A stretch of 63,884 nucleotides of DNA, the filler included, from Neolecta irregularis DAH-3 (Eukaryota), in NCBI GenBank assembly GCA_001929475.1. It is 7 parts of 7 records of this genome, joined end to end, with 100 filler letters (N's around TTAATTAATTAA, not from the genome) between each part and the next. Parts side by side here need not be neighbours in the genome. Positions count along the whole stretch, not along the records: positions 30,540 to 61,172 come from LXFE01000346.1; positions 61,273 to 62,700 come from LXFE01003262.1; positions 62,801 to 63,884 come from LXFE01000347.1; 4 more parts are not named here. The stretch is one strand, 5' to 3'. Positions 49,485 to 62,970 of the stretch are shown here, one piece after another. Each line of letters starts with the position of its first letter. Position 1 is the stretch's first letter. The position numbers and the translations under genes were made by a program. The notes beneath the pieces were generated by a model. That model ran no database searches. It was given only the letters and a program-made list of their open reading frames with translations, and was not told the origin of the DNA.

Positions 49485-51242
49485 ATGGATCTAGACCACC
49501 CTGACATCGCTATGGTTGACTCTGACGACGATCGCGATATGGACGATGCCTATTCGACTCGAGATGGATTTGAAGAATCTCAAACACAAGAACTACCATC
49601 TCGGACATTCTCACCTGCAGACAGTACAGAAGAGCAAGACTCTCCTGAAATTGACATGCGGCGAAAGTCGGCTTCTTTGCCTTCTGAGATACAACTACAA
49701 GATATACAAGAAGGCGCCGGAACCTGTTCATCCTACGATATAGTTCCGTACCTTGCGGCTCCTCATTCAACAAGCGTAAACGCAATAGCAGTTACATCTT
49801 TTATCAAGTGGATTTTTACTGGAGGGCAGGATGGATATATTAGAAGATTTGATTTTTACTCGAGTATGCTTGGAAGATCATTGCTTACTGTTGCACAAAG
49901 ACATCCGTATGTAGATTCCGTCACCAAGGTACTTATCCGGAATGTATCCGAGACTTATTTAAAGGCTGGTGTTCTCCTGTCATATTGGGAAAATGAAGAA
50001 CCACCCGAAGGTATTTAATGTCTATGCTGGTCTTAGAAGTAGAATCTTCTACACCAGCGCCATCTTATCAAGTTTCCAGCCCTCGGCTTTCTCCTGTATA
50101 TTGCCTAGCCGTTCACTCCCAAGCAGTGTGGATCCTTTCAGGGTTGGAAGTAATTTCACATTTTGACAATCCTGAACTATAGAGTGGTGGAATCAATTTG
50201 CAATCTGTCCGTCACGAAGAAGGTAAAATTGTAGCTACATTGAGAGGCCATGGTGGGCCTGTGTCGGTTCTCTCTTTGGCCTCTGACGAAAAGTCGGTGT
50301 TGAGTGGAGGATGGGACCGTGTTGTAAATGTATCAAGATCGCAGGATTCAACTAACATTCAGGAATGGGATCTTGATATAGGCCAAACTATACGGTCATA
50401 TAACGGCCATATTGGACAGATTTCTTCGATACATCGGCGACCAGTCACTACCCCTCCTTTGACGGGTGATCAATTAGATGGGAAAGATCGACAAGATAAA
50501 GAATCTCCAGAATCCTATGATCCATTGTTCGATGACACCGATGATGAAAATGAAAATATTTCTCGGGAAACACAAGAAAGTCAACCCGATTCTCAGGCTG
50601 CAATACCTCCCCCAAATGAACGAGACATTTTTTTGGTGTCGGGTATTGACGGAACACTACTCATATGGGACCCACGAAAATCAGATCCTGTCCATAGATT
50701 TCCAGTTCCTGCGGGTACACCACCCTGGTGTATGAATGTATCTAGTGTTTTTGTGGGTTTTCTTACTTTCGCAGGCGTGCTGGTCAACTGACGGACAATC
50801 TATCTTTGCAGGACGGCGTAATCAAGCCAGTATGTACCCATTAGGAAACCTTAACCAACTTACGATGATCAGTACATGAATGGTCAGTTCATCGGATGTC
50901 TGACTCTCCACGAGTTCTGAAGTTGCCCGCCAATTCAGGACCAGTCTCGTGCATTACTCCACTGCCAAATGGGCGGCACATTGTGTGTGCATCCAATGAC
51001 AATGTACGGCTATATGATGTCTCCTTGCAAATCAAAGGACCCACGCCATTCCTGATTATTCCGGGGCATCATGGAGGAGTTGTTTCATCGATATGTGAGT
51101 TAATTTGATCTCAAAAGATTGCTTATTGTGTATAGACATCGATCAAACCTGTCGATTCATGTTATCTACAGGTGGTAGTCGAGGTTGGGAAGGATTTGCT
51201 ACTGAGGTTCTACTTGGGTATGAGATTAACGTGATACCTTAA
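49485..51242 (+). CDS. SPT8: SAGA WD40 subunit Spt8
   Basis: YDIVPYLAAPH, TGGQDGYIR, LTVAQRHPYVDSV, SYWENEEP, PPWCM, PFLIIPGHHGG, GGSRGW. Confidence 0.92.
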
Positions 51243-51482
51243 TCGTGAAAATTCAAGTATAGAGAAAGTGCTCTTTAATCAATGTACACTATTTGCATGT
51301 ATATTACACTTCGCGCGAAGGTCGCGCGTTTTGCTTGATTGTATTTTTGTGGTTGCGACTCTCATTGTAAAGCAACCATTGCGCAAATAACCGCCTCCGA
51401 TTCTATGCTTTTCGAATCTTTCCTTTGCATTTGCATGTTCGCTTGATTGTACGGTTTGATCACAATTTGATTTCAGTGCGAT

Positions 51483-54400
51483 ATGTCCCGACGTGCAGAA
51501 TCTCCACAACAGCAGACGGTGAAACGAAATACACAGACATTTGCTCCGCAGTTTATCGAATCCAATCCAACCCCATCAGTTCCTGAAGATGCTGTTGCTC
51601 TAGCAGAATTTTCTGGCAAGCGTTGGGTGTGGATTAAAGATCCAAAAAGCGCTTTTGTGAGAGGTTGGGTGTATAAGCAAGAAGGAGAAGAACTACATGT
51701 GAAATGTGACGACAATACAGTACGTGATAAGCTATCAGATTACAGGATCTCACAACTTAGGATCGAATTGTACGGAATGATGATGTTGATAAAGTCAATC
51801 CCCCAAAATTTGATAAGGCGAATGATATGGCCGAACTTACGCATTTGAATGAAGGATCCGTAATACACAATTTGAAATTACGCTATCAATCCGATCTGAT
51901 ATACGTATGGCTCTGCGTCCTTCAACCAAATTCTTACGCCTCTAGACGTATTCTGGATTGTTTCTGGTTGCAGTGAATCCTTATCAATCTCTGCCAATCT
52001 ACCATTCGGACTATGTTAATTTATACAAAAACAAGAAGAAATCTGACACCAGACCACATGTATTTGCAACGTCGGATATTGCATACCGGGACATGATCAA
52101 TATGCGAGAAAACCAATCAATTTTGGTGACGTATAAATTGCAAATCACTAGGCTCATCTAACAAGTTTAGTGGTGAATCCGGTGCTGGGAAAACTGAGAA
52201 TACAAAGAAGGTGATCCAATATCTCGCCGCAGTAGCTGCAGATTATCATGGTTCTCGAGAACTCGGAGAACTGGAACAACAAATTCTCCAAGCTAATCCT
52301 ATTCTTGAAGCGTTTGGCAATGCACAGACGGTTCGTAACAATAATTCCTCTCGATTTGTATGAGCATTCTAAAGTGCAAAGCTCAATATATTAGGGCAAA
52401 TTTATTAGAATTGAATTCGACTCATCTAGTCAGATAGCAGGAGCCAATATCGACTGGTATTTGTTGGAAAAGTCGAGAGTTATCCAACAGAATGTCAATG
52501 AACGCAATTATCACATCTTCTATCAAGTTTTCCAGGGATCCTCCCAATCGTTGAAAGGTTCATGATTGGATATGCAAGTCGATAACAACTTAGAACAACT
52601 CCTTCTTGGGGGCGATCTAAATTCCTATGCATATCTTCAAAAATCTAAGAAAACAGTCAACGGGGTTAATGATGCTGACGAGTTTCGAACATTAATGGCA
52701 AGGCAACCTTTGGCAGCGTCGTTGACTTTCAGAATGCCTTTGATACTATGGGCCTTGATCAAAACGCACAATTTGATATTCTGAAAATTGTTGCAGCTGT
52801 CCTTCACATTGGAAATATCAAAGTTATAGGAGATCGAAGTGACCAGGCGCATTTGCCAGATCGAGCTGAAGCAGAAAAAGTCTGCCATCTGCTAAATATT
52901 CCTGTAGAGGACTTCATTCGAGATCTTCTCCGTCCAAAAGTTAAGGCTGGTCGAGAATGGGTGGTACAAGCTCGTTCAGCCTCTCAGGTTAGATATTCAC
53001 TTGATGCCCTGGCAAAGAGCCTTTATGAGAGAGCATTTGGTGATCTTGTGGATAAGATCAATGTGGCTATGGAACGCCCATCGAAAGAGAAGGCTGCTTT
53101 TATCGGTGTTTTAGATATTGCTGGGTTCGAGATCTTCGAGGTGAGCCTTATTTTTAAATAGCATCAACTGAAATAACACAGCAAAACAGTTTTGAGCAAT
53201 TTTGCATTAATTATACCAATGAAAAGCTTCAGCAGTTCTTCAATCATCATATGTTCGAACTAGAACAGGAAGAGTACGAGAAGGAAGGTATTGAATGGAA
53301 ATTCATCGATTTTGGCCAGGACCTTCAGCCGACAATCGATTTAATTGAAAAGAGCAATGTATAAATCCGCCAGGCCAAATCTAATTGTCTAGCCTGTAGG
53401 AGTTCTTTCATGTCTTGATGAAGATTGTGTCATGCCAAAAGCTACTGACAAATCGTTTACTGACAAGCTGAATAATCTTTGGAACGACAAAAGTCCAAAA
53501 TTTCGCGGTCTCAAATTGCGACAGGGATTCACTATTGTTCATTATGCAGCAGCAGTTGATTACGACACATCAGGTTGGCTTGATAAGAACAAGGATCCTT
53601 TGAACGAGAACATTTGCAGATTACTCGCCGATTCTCACGACAGTCATGTCGCTAGTCTATTCAATGACTATGTCCTAAACCAAAGTGTTGCTGGTCATAA
53701 GAACCGGATCAAGAAAGGTGTTTTCCGGACAGTTGCCCAGAGACATAAGGAACAGCTTTCATCGTTAATGAACCAACTCAATTCAACGCAACCACATTTC
53801 ATTCGATGTATCGTTCCCAACCCAAACAAAAAGCCTAGACAATTCGAAGCAACTCTTATATTAGATCAATTACGATGTAACGGTGTACTTGAAGGCATTC
53901 GTATTGCGCGAACTGGCTTTCCAAACCGGCTGGGATTTGCGGAATTTAGATCAACTTATGAGATTTTGGCAGAGGGTCTACCGAAAGGCTTTCTGGATAG
54001 TCGAAAAGCGGTCGAAATGATGCTTAAGCGGATGGATTTGGACGATAGTAGTTATCGCATTGGGTTGACCAAGGTCTTTTTCCGTGCAGGCGTGGTATGT
54101 AATACTTCAAAGCAATGAGTTTAACATGTCTACAGCTTGCCGAACTTGAAAAACAACGCGACAGATGCCTGCAAGATATCTTCACTCAATTTCAAGCATT
54201 TTCTAGAGGTTTTGCTGTCCGAAGAGTTTCTCGTAAGAAGCTCTATCGCCAAGAGGCCGTTGATGTTATTCAAAAAAACCTTGCAATCTATCTCAAATTA
54301 TGTGATTCTCCCTGGTGGAATTTATACATGCAGCTTAAGCCTCTACTTAAGGTTTCCCAGAATGATGAGGTTATTAGGCGCAAAGAGATAGAGATTTCCC

Positions 54401-57400
54401 AGTTACAAGCTAAAATGAAAGAAGAGGTAGAACCTTTCTTGCGAATAAAATCTTTGACCTAAATAGGAGATTTCTCGTCAGCGTATTCTGGAAGAAAAAC
54501 GAAAGTTCGAGTCAGAAAAAGAAGAACTAGAGGATCTTTTGAGACGAGAACGAGATCTTGCCTTAGATAAGGACGAGATTTTTAAACGAAGTCAACAGCG
54601 AGAAAGTGATCTTTCTGAGCAACTGAAAGAAGCTCTCACTGATATTGATCGATTGGAAGAGCAATGCGACCAGCTGATGGCGGCAAAGCATCGAGTTGAC
54701 AGTCAGATCGAGACATTGAAAAACAACCTAGCCGAAGGTGCACGTTTAATCTCCAGGTTGGAGGAGGAAAAGGCCGACTTAATTTTGGATATCGGAACTC
54801 TTCAAACAGAAACATCGGAGAAAGTCTCTGCAGACACCCGGGATCACGAAAATATTGCACACCTGTATAAATCTCTCCTTATATGAGTGGTTTTGATAGG
54901 TATAGGGAAGAGGAGCTCCACAGTATCAAATCCGAGTCAGAAAAGCTTGGGAAGCAGCTTGAATCTACTAGAGCTCAGTTCGGAGTTGACTTGAGAAATC
55001 ATGAAGCTAGCATTTCGCAGAAAGAAGATACTATTAAACGTCTGAAACAGGAGCTCGAGCAAAAGGACTCGGGATTATACAGCATGGAGGCGCAGCTCAA
55101 ACAGCTAACTAGTACTGCCTCGTCATATGAAGACATGATTCGAAAGAAGGTTCAAATTCTATGCAACTGAAGATTAACGACAGGAATCGGAACTGAAAAT
55201 CCTTCGAATAGACAATGTAGCTCTAAAGCAATCCAACAAAACCCTCACGACCGATAACACAGGCCTAAACGACCGCAATAACTCTGCGCTGCTTGAACTA
55301 CAAGACCTCAAAAATGAACTCAACTCGCTCAGAATCGCCAAGGATCAACTCGAGAAGGAATTTAACACTAGCGAAAAGATCGACCCGACAAAGAACGCGG
55401 AACATGAATCAGAGCTTGAACAAACTAACGCGAAACTAGCCACGTTACAAGCCAACTTTGATCAAGAGCGAAATGAAAGACGCAAAATGATGAAGTCTCG
55501 AACTGCCGAAATCATGCACCTTAAAACCCTTTTAGACCAGTCACAAGCCAAGAAGACTTCTTTACAGATTGAATTTGAGAGCCAGGCTATTATGCTGCAG
55601 AAGACCAAAGCCCGTGCTTCTATGCTGGAGGCTGAAAATGTAAGTCGCGACACCGAGCTTCGCTCATGCCGGCTTCGAATTGAACAAATTGAGAGCGGCG
55701 AGAAAGAAGCAAACTCAGTGCAGGATGACCTTGAACGACAATTGATCGAAGCAACCGCTCAGTCCGCAACGCTCGAGCACAAGCTTCTCGATGCAGAAAG
55801 GGAAAGGACCTCACATATTTCACAGATCGAGACTTTAAAGAATGAACTTGAGAGCTTCATGGCCAAGTCTCGGGATCTTACAGCTGTGCGTCAACGTATT
55901 GAATCAGAAAAGGACATGTTGCGAAAGCGATTGGATACCGAAGAAGAGGCACGTAAATTACTCGAGTCTCAATTGCTTGAGAAAACAAAAGTTATCAATG
56001 AGTTTCCGCGAGTTTCTCAGGCCGAGATACAAAAAACCATCAACGCATTAGAGGTTGAGCGCGACAAATCTATTCGTGAACTCAAGACCCTTCAGAAGAA
56101 CTATGAAGAACTCCGAGCAGAATCTTTGAAGCTTGAATCTCAACAGAAACGGAGAAACTTGGAGATCGAAGACCTTAGCCACGAAGTGAATCAAAAACAA
56201 TCGATCGCGCAGTCCGCAGAACGACGGTTGCATGAACTTCAGGCAGGATTCCTTCTTTGATGTTTCTGATAAATTAGGCTCAGGTATCCAAGTATAAACA
56301 ACAACTTGAAGATGAGAAACATCAGCATTCTCTCTCAAAACTCAATGCTACGTCGCTGAAAGGCGCTCTCGATGCAGCAAATGTTGATCTAGAGGAACGA
56401 TCGGAACTACTCCTTACCTTGACGAACACGATAAATCCTCTCGAGTCAAGTACTGAAATAGATACGGATAAGACCGTTCTCCGAAAGAATACCGAAAAAG
56501 CGATTGATCTTGCTCGGAGATTCGAGGAGGCTCTAGTAGCCAAGAGTGTTGCAGTGGAAGGTCGAGCACGAGCTGAACAACAACTCGTTGAACTTCGATC
56601 GCAGTGGAATGAAGATATCAAAAAGCTCGAAACGAGAAATGATAATACGAAAAAAGCTTTTTTAGACGAACTTGCAACTGTCGACTCGGGCCGAGGCTCG
56701 CCAAGTACGAAGGGCTCATCCGCTAATTTTGTCAGGGGCCATACTTTGCAAAACTCGAAACCGACCAATCGTATAATTCATGAATTTCAGCATCGAATTG
56801 ATGATCAAACACGTACGAGAGGGGTGTCAGAAGATGCAGCCTATCAGTCGCGCAAGAAAATACAAGATTTGGAACGTCTTGTTGAAGATTTGCAGGTTCA
56901 GTTTAAAATGTCCGAGGTACAAAGACAACGACTTGAAAGGGCTCAGGATGTCGAGACAGCAGCGCAAGATTCGAGTCTTGTTCGCAGTCTGCAGAGGGAT
57001 AATGCTCGTTTGCATGAGATCTTGAATGAAAACGCCGATCATTTATCGGCGCTCGAATCTTCCCAGCTGGAAGGAATTAGCTCCTTCCGGGATCTCCAAT
57101 CAAGGTCGTACGAGGAAGCTGAAACAGCCTTCAATAGCCTTGCCGATCAACGCCGAATTCTTATAAAAGCGCAAAAAGCCACGGTTGCCGAATTAAACAA
57201 GACCCGCCGTGAACTCGACTCTCTAAACCATGCGAAATCGAGATTGGAGAAACAGCTTGTGGAAGCAAATAGCCAATTGCAAGGTGAGGCGGTTGACCGG
57301 GAGGACGAAGCCGCAGAGCGTAGTAAGATGCTTGCAGAACTGACAAACTCAAAGGTACGGCTTGAAGGCGAAATTTCAAAGGTCGGTGAACTGTCGGAAA

Positions 57401-59012
57401 CCGCCAAATTGTATAAAACGCGGTCGGAAGATTACTTTGGAAAGCTCGAAGTCGCGGAGATTGCTGTGCGAAAGGCGACTCGAGCTGAATCGTATATGCA
57501 GAGCCAATTGGAGGAGACCGAGCGAGAACTAGTGGAAGTTAAAGAAGCCCATAAAGCGAATGAACTTGAAATCCAACGACTTGTTCAAAAGATTCAGATT
57601 TTGGAGGCAAAACTTGAGGATGGAAGCGCTGATTCGACAATGTCGCATCTTGCTCATCAGCGACTTCAAAATGAACTTGAAGAATTGCGAGTGAGACATG
57701 AACGTGATCTCGAGGAGCGTGACAGTTACATTGACCAGACTCGAAGCAAGTATCAAAAGGAGTTGACATCACTTCATGGAGAACTCGAGAGTGAGCGACA
57801 CAACGTGATGGACCTACGGACCGAGAATAAGTACTTTATGGTCCTAGATATTGAAGCTAAATGATAGGAAACTTCGAGCATCTTCAGATTCATTGCAAGT
57901 CAAGCTTGACGAGTCGCTGTTGATCTCAACTTCCTGGAGTAAAGAGAAAGCCCGTTATGAGACCAAAGTCAAGGAAATAAGTCTTGCTCTGGAGGAAGCG
58001 TTGTCAGCACGTCGAGAGTCACAAAGTGAAGTAGTCGCCAATCTGTCAGAGATGCGAAAGCTTCGTGCACACATTGATGAACTTGAAGCTGAGCGTGAGC
58101 AACTCTCCAAAGACAAGAGACAACTTGAACACCGATTGGAGCAAACCTGTCAGAGTATCGAGAACATGTCTCGAGAAAAGGGCTCGGCGAGTTCTGCGAA
58201 ATTGGAGAAGGAGATACTGGCTTTACGAACACTATTAGATGAGAAGGAAGATGTTGCGGTTTCCGCCATTGAACAACTCAGACGCGCTGATGCTGTTACT
58301 TTGGAAACTCAAAAGGACATCAACGCGGAACGGGAGCTTAATGCGCAGTTACATCGTGACAAAGTAAGATTTTCCGATACAACCAGCCGCTTATTTATTT
58401 TAGGCTCAGTTGGAGAAGACGAATAATGAATTACATCTCCGTCTTGTTGATCTCGAAACTAGTACTTATTCCAACAAGTCGGGCGTCGGTAATCAACGAC
58501 TTCAATCACAAGTAAAAGAGGTAGAACGTCCCACATATTTCTTGAACTAATTTGAAAGCTGGAGAAACAGTTGGCCGAACAAATTCGAGCGCGAAATGAA
58601 ATTGAACGATCGATACGGAATAACGATCGCAGTGTCCGTGAATTACAAGATCAATTAAATCATCGGGAGAAAGTTACCAGTCGTCTTGAAGACGAAATCA
58701 ACAAGAAAGAAGAACGATTAATCCAACTTCGTAAAATGGTTCAAGAATTGGTAAATCTATTTATTTGCCGAATATCTAATATAACCAGCAAACTTCTGAG
58801 ATGAATCATGAAGTCGCTCTTCAGAAATCTGAAAGAGTCGCAAAGGCAGAGAAAGAGCGAGCGTTGGGGTATTCATCCCGCTTTACAACTTTCTTATAAA
58901 TAGACTTGAACGGGACCTCGAGAAATTAAAAACGAGGTTTGAGAGTTCTGATCTTATGGAACGGTTGAATACGCTACGAAGATCTCGCGGGACTGATAAT
59001 TCTTTCATATAG
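51483..59012 (+). CDS. myo2: Myosin II heavy chain
   Basis: [16 protein letters not shown]-loop [47 protein letters not shown], long coiled-coil tail. Many 33-42 nt introns, including GC-AG at 52698-52732 and 56243-56277. Confidence 0.95.
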
Positions 59013-59447
59013 AAGTTTTCTTTTTCGTTTTGACATTTCGGAGTTATATATTTTGGAAGTCCAGAGGGGTGGGGCGTTGGGTTTTTGTATCCGTCTGTAC
59101 TCGCTCACTATCTGAGTGTTTATTCGATCCAACTTGTTGACAATTGGTGATAAATTGCAGTTCTTATTCTTTGTATTGGGTATTATTGGTATTCTAGAAT
59201 TGGGACCATTGTTTTCTGGTGGAGGGTGTGGCGCTCGATGCTTCTGATGTCTCGCTAATACTCAGGAACAAGAGTCCAATTAATACGGTGCGATATATAC
59301 TATGAATGCGACCTGTGAAAAAGCACCGTGATGAAGAAAAACAAGTCCAGCTCCACAGAACAATAATAAAAAAGGAAATAATAGAAACGAGATTGACGAA
59401 TAATTACAAGATCCTATACACCAAAATGAATTCATGGACGTGAACGA

Positions 59448-60929
59448 TCAACATTTTGTTCCGGCTTTCCCGTATTTTTGTTCCCAGTGTAAGAGTTGCC
59501 TGGTAAGCGAGTCGATGAGGTTCAAGGATGTAGTAGACTGGATCAAAGCGGCTGTCTTCGTTAATTCTCCAACGATTGCGCCTGATTCAAGTTTTACGTC
59601 GACAAAGGATATGTTTGAACTAGTTGATGAGGATGATGACGGCATGGTTTTTTTCCGGTCTTGATATGTTGAGCAAGAGGCCATTTCGACTTGGACGTGT
59701 GAGATGTATTCGAGGATTACTTGTACACGTTTCCGCATTTCATTCAAGCTGGCTCGGGAGTTTACTGTTTTGGGACGAAAAGGGCCATCGGAGAGGGGAG
59801 GAGATGGGGCTTCCGAGGCTGTTTTGATGCTTTGTGCTCCGCGGCGGGTGTCGTGATTATTTCTTGCGCCCTTTCTTGTGCCGGTTGTGGTTTTTAGCTT
59901 TTTTGGTTCTGGTTCAGGGGGCTGGACTGCGGGGGGTGGAAGGCGGGAGGTACTGCGAGGAGCCCTAGATTTTGATTGTTGGGACTGATTTGTAATTTCG
60001 GAGTTGTCGGAATCTGCGAAAAGGTCAGTGATGTCACTTTGAGCGAACCCAAAAAATTACCGTTTCCATCTTTACGCTTCTCGCGCATGTTTCGGGTGCG
60101 GGGAGGGGCCTTTTCGTCACTGAGGCGGGATTTTGATTGGGGAGGGGGATCGGCAGGCTGAGCGACGGGTTTCCGCTTGCGTCTGGTGGAGAGAGAGGAG
60201 TCTCTGTCGTTGTCTGATTCGTGCTGGCGATTGGCGGAGGAGGAGGGCGAAGCAGAGGTCCGTGGTCGCTTGGGGTCGCTGCGGAAGTGAGCATGGGTGG
60301 AATGCACTAGCAGTACCCTGCTTTCTCTGAGGATTCAGACGTTGCGCGTTTTTTCCCGCGGACAGAGGGCGGTTTCATGGCCTTTTCAGCCGCAGAGGCT
60401 TCGATTGCGAGCTGGATGTCTCTTTCGTAGGCGGCGTCTCTTGAATTCATAGTAGAGCGGCGCTTGGGGGACGATTTTCGTGGGCCGCGAGTGCCGTCGT
60501 GGGGAGTCCACTTTGATCTTGGGATGCTGTGGGATCAGCGACGAGGGACAGAGGAGAGGGGGGGGTGGGGCACCCTTCGTCTTGGTAGAGATCGTGGTGG
60601 TCTGGGCGGCAGAGCTCGCAAAAGTAGTCAATCTCTTCCTTGAAGGAGTCGTCGAGGCCGATGCAGAAGAAATGCTGCCAGGCGTGGCACTGTTCGCACT
60701 GGATCATGCCTACTGAGCCGAGGACGGGCGATTCGTCCTGGCCGCAGATGCATCGAGTGATTTCCTCCTGCCAATCGAGGGGATCGTTGTGCGTTTCGTT
60801 TGCGGAGAGGGAGGAGTTTGATTTGGATTTCTGTTTCCCGCGGGTGCTTCTGCGGGAGGGCGTGTGGGCTGCGGGTGCTGGAGGAGTCAGAGTGGCGAGC
60901 GACGGGCGCAGAGGCGGCGTACGGGGCAT
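59448..60929 (-). CDS. CTI6: PHD-finger Rpd3L/Clr6 subunit Cti6
   Basis: EEITRCICG..IQCEQCHAWQHFFC..YFCELCRP, RRSTMNSRDAAY, LNEMRKRV..ILEYIS..QVEMA, LTRQLLHWEQKYG. Confidence 0.88.
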
Positions 60930-61333
60930 TGGAGGCGATGTAGCGGCGCGGGACAGGCGGGCAGCGCAGGCGAGTGCGGGTGCCTGCACGCTGCCCCGGC
61001 CGCGGCGAGCATATACAGCGCGAATACAGACACTGTGCCGGCGAGTATTCTGCATGTATTGCGGCCAGGGCGCTGGGCTGGCGGTGTATTGTGGGCATGG
61101 CGGGGTCTGGCTGGGGTTGACCTCTGCCGCCTGGCCAGTATCGTATCGGGTACAGTGTCGGGTACAGTATCGNNNNNNNNNNNNNNNNNNNNNNNNNNNN
61201 NNNNNNNNNNNNNNNNTTAATTAATTAANNNNNNNNNNNNNNNNNNNNNNNNNNNNNNNNNNNNNNNNNNNNCTTCTGGGGGTATGTTGGTGAGTTTGGT
61301 GAAAAATATTGTGAGTATCCCTTTGGGTACTTG

Positions 61334-61401
61334 CAGTAAGTTTCTGTAACTTCACATAACTCGGTTAGTCATTATATCTCATCTGCGTTATCTCACCTAC
61401 A
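61334..61401. repeat. 68-bp LTR-terminus-like repeat C, copy 1
   Basis: cagtaagtttc..taacttc..ataactcggttagtcattatatc..catc..gttatctc.cctaca; also at 62915-62970 and inverted at 63659-63726. Confidence 0.8.
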
Positions 61402-61409
61402 CCGTCCAT

Positions 61410-61695
61410 CATCCCTGTCCCGCCCATCCCTCCCGTCCCACCCACCCATCTCCCCTGTCCCATCAGTTCAGCCCGCCTGTCTTGCCTGCCTGTCCCGCCC
61501 GCCTAGCCAGTCCCGCACACTCTCCCTGCCTGCCCTCCTGTCCAGCCCGCCCACCTCTCCTATCCCGCCAGATTCCCCAGTCCTGCCCGCCTCGCCTGAC
61601 TCGCCCGCCCGACTATGCCACCTCTCCCGCCTCACCCGACTCACCCGACTCACCCGACTCACCCATCCTGCCTGTCCCACCTGCCTCTCTTCCCC
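61410..61695. repeat. C-rich low-complexity tract with (TCACCCGAC)3 and cccgcc/cctgtcc motifs
   Basis: Direct inspection; strongly pyrimidine-rich on the + strand. Confidence 0.7.
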
Positions 61696-61829
61696 GTCGT
61701 TTGATTTTATAATTACTGAAGTTGTTTTCACAGAGTTATGAGGGAGATATGGGGCTGTGATTAAAACATCAAGCTATTTTGTATATAACTAACTATTGAT
61801 TGATTCTATACACTTTTATATGATCTAGC

Positions 61830-61872
61830 TGGCCATGTGCTGGGCAAAGTCCATGACCCATCCCCAAGACTG
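61830..61872 (-). mobile_element. Degenerate hAT-like MITE end
   Basis: Reverse complement cagtcttggggatgggtcatggactttgccc matches the 28979 copy. Confidence 0.55.
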
Positions 61873-61997
61873 ATTTCAATAGCATATTGGGTTAAGATTC
61901 CCCACTTTCCAAGATATCATAACTAGTCAGAACTTGCAGGGTTATTTAATGTAAGTATGTTACAGACACTCACAATGTTATGACAATCAGTTCACCG

Positions 61998-62093
61998 TAT
62001 CACGTGACCCTCGCCGAATCTTGTGAGCAGAACATCAAGCAAATGGAAATCAATCTACAGTTATATAACCAACCAACAGTTTTAAATGAACTA
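61998..62093 (+). repeat. Dispersed repeat family B, copy 2
   Basis: Nearly ungapped alignment to 18169-18265. Confidence 0.7.
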
Positions 62094-62140
62094 ACAACTA
62101 TCAAGATCAGAATTTAAAGGTGAAACTAATGGGTAATTAT

Positions 62141-62200
62141 AATGAGTAATGATAATGAGTAATGATAATGAGTAATAAGAATAATGACAACAGATAATGA
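62141..62200. repeat. AATGAGTAATGAT minisatellite
   Basis: About 3-4 degenerate copies immediately 3' of the RRP1 stop. Confidence 0.7.
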
Positions 62201-62220
62201 GTACAGATAATAGAATAAAG

Positions 62221-62700
62221 TCAACTGGAATCCTCGCTCCCGGGCTCGGGCCACTGCAGCAGGCGGGGATCGGACAGCAGACAGAGGGCGCGGGCGCGAA
62301 CGGGCTTTGAGGGCGAGCGGGCCGCGAGGCGGCGCACGGGCGCGAGCAGGCGCGCAACGGGGATGTCGCAGGCGGGCGGCGCCGCGCGGAAGAGCTCGTC
62401 GAGGAAGACGTCGCAGCAGTGCAGCCGCAGCGCGTTGGGCACGGCCGGGTCGGCGGCGCTGAGCGGGCATTCGGCCAGCACGCACACATAGCCGCGCACC
62501 AGCTCGCAGTCCCACGCTTGGCGGTGCAGCAGCGCAAACCCCGCGGCCACAAACGCCCGCTGCAGCTGGTAGAACTTGTCGACCCGGTGCGCATCGAGCG
62601 CCGGCCACTCGCGCGCAACCGTCGCCCAGAAGGCCCGCAGGAAGTCCAGCACCGCCGCGACCGGCAGCTGCCCGACCAGCGCCGCGAGGTCCTGCGCCAG
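62221..62700 (-). CDS. RRP1: Rrp1/Nop52 pre-rRNA processing protein, 3' part (5' in gap)
   Basis: LAQDLAAL..FLRAFWATVAREWPALDAHRVDKFYQL, VPNALRLHCCDVFLDEL, LLAPV, DPRL..W. Confidence 0.85.
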   Translation of the reverse strand: MAQDLAALVGQLPVAAVLDFLRAFWATVAREWPALDAHRVDKFYQLQRAFVAAGFALLHRQAWDCELVRGYVCVLAECPLSAADPAVPNALRLHCCDVFLDELFRAAPPACDIPVARLLAPVRRLAARSPSKPVRARALCLLSDPRLLQWPEPGSEDSS

Positions 62701-62914
62701 NNNNNNNNNNNNNNNNNNNNNNNNNNNNNNNNNNNNNNNNNNNNTTAATTAATTAANNNNNNNNNNNNNNNNNNNNNNNNNNNNNNNNNNNNNNNNNNNN
62801 TCATATCAAGCCACATCAGCCTAACCTCCACTATCCAGCCATAGGGTAAGGCTATCTCATTACAAAGGTGATGGTCAGGTGCAGACTAATGAGGCAGATT
62901 CAATGAGAGTAGTC

Positions 62915-62970
62915 GTAACTTTGCATAACTTGGTTAGTCATTATATCTCATCCGAGTTATCTCACCTACA
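62915..62970. repeat. Repeat C, copy 2
   Basis: gtaactttgcataacttggttagtcattatatctcatccgagttatctcacctaca; abuts the truncated 3' end of the gag relic. Confidence 0.8.

Noticed and set aside
52161-58800. Apparent frameshifts or fragmentation in myosin, BEACH and RAD16
   Set aside because: The breaks I checked are explained by 33-50 nt introns; no recoding or pseudogenisation is needed.
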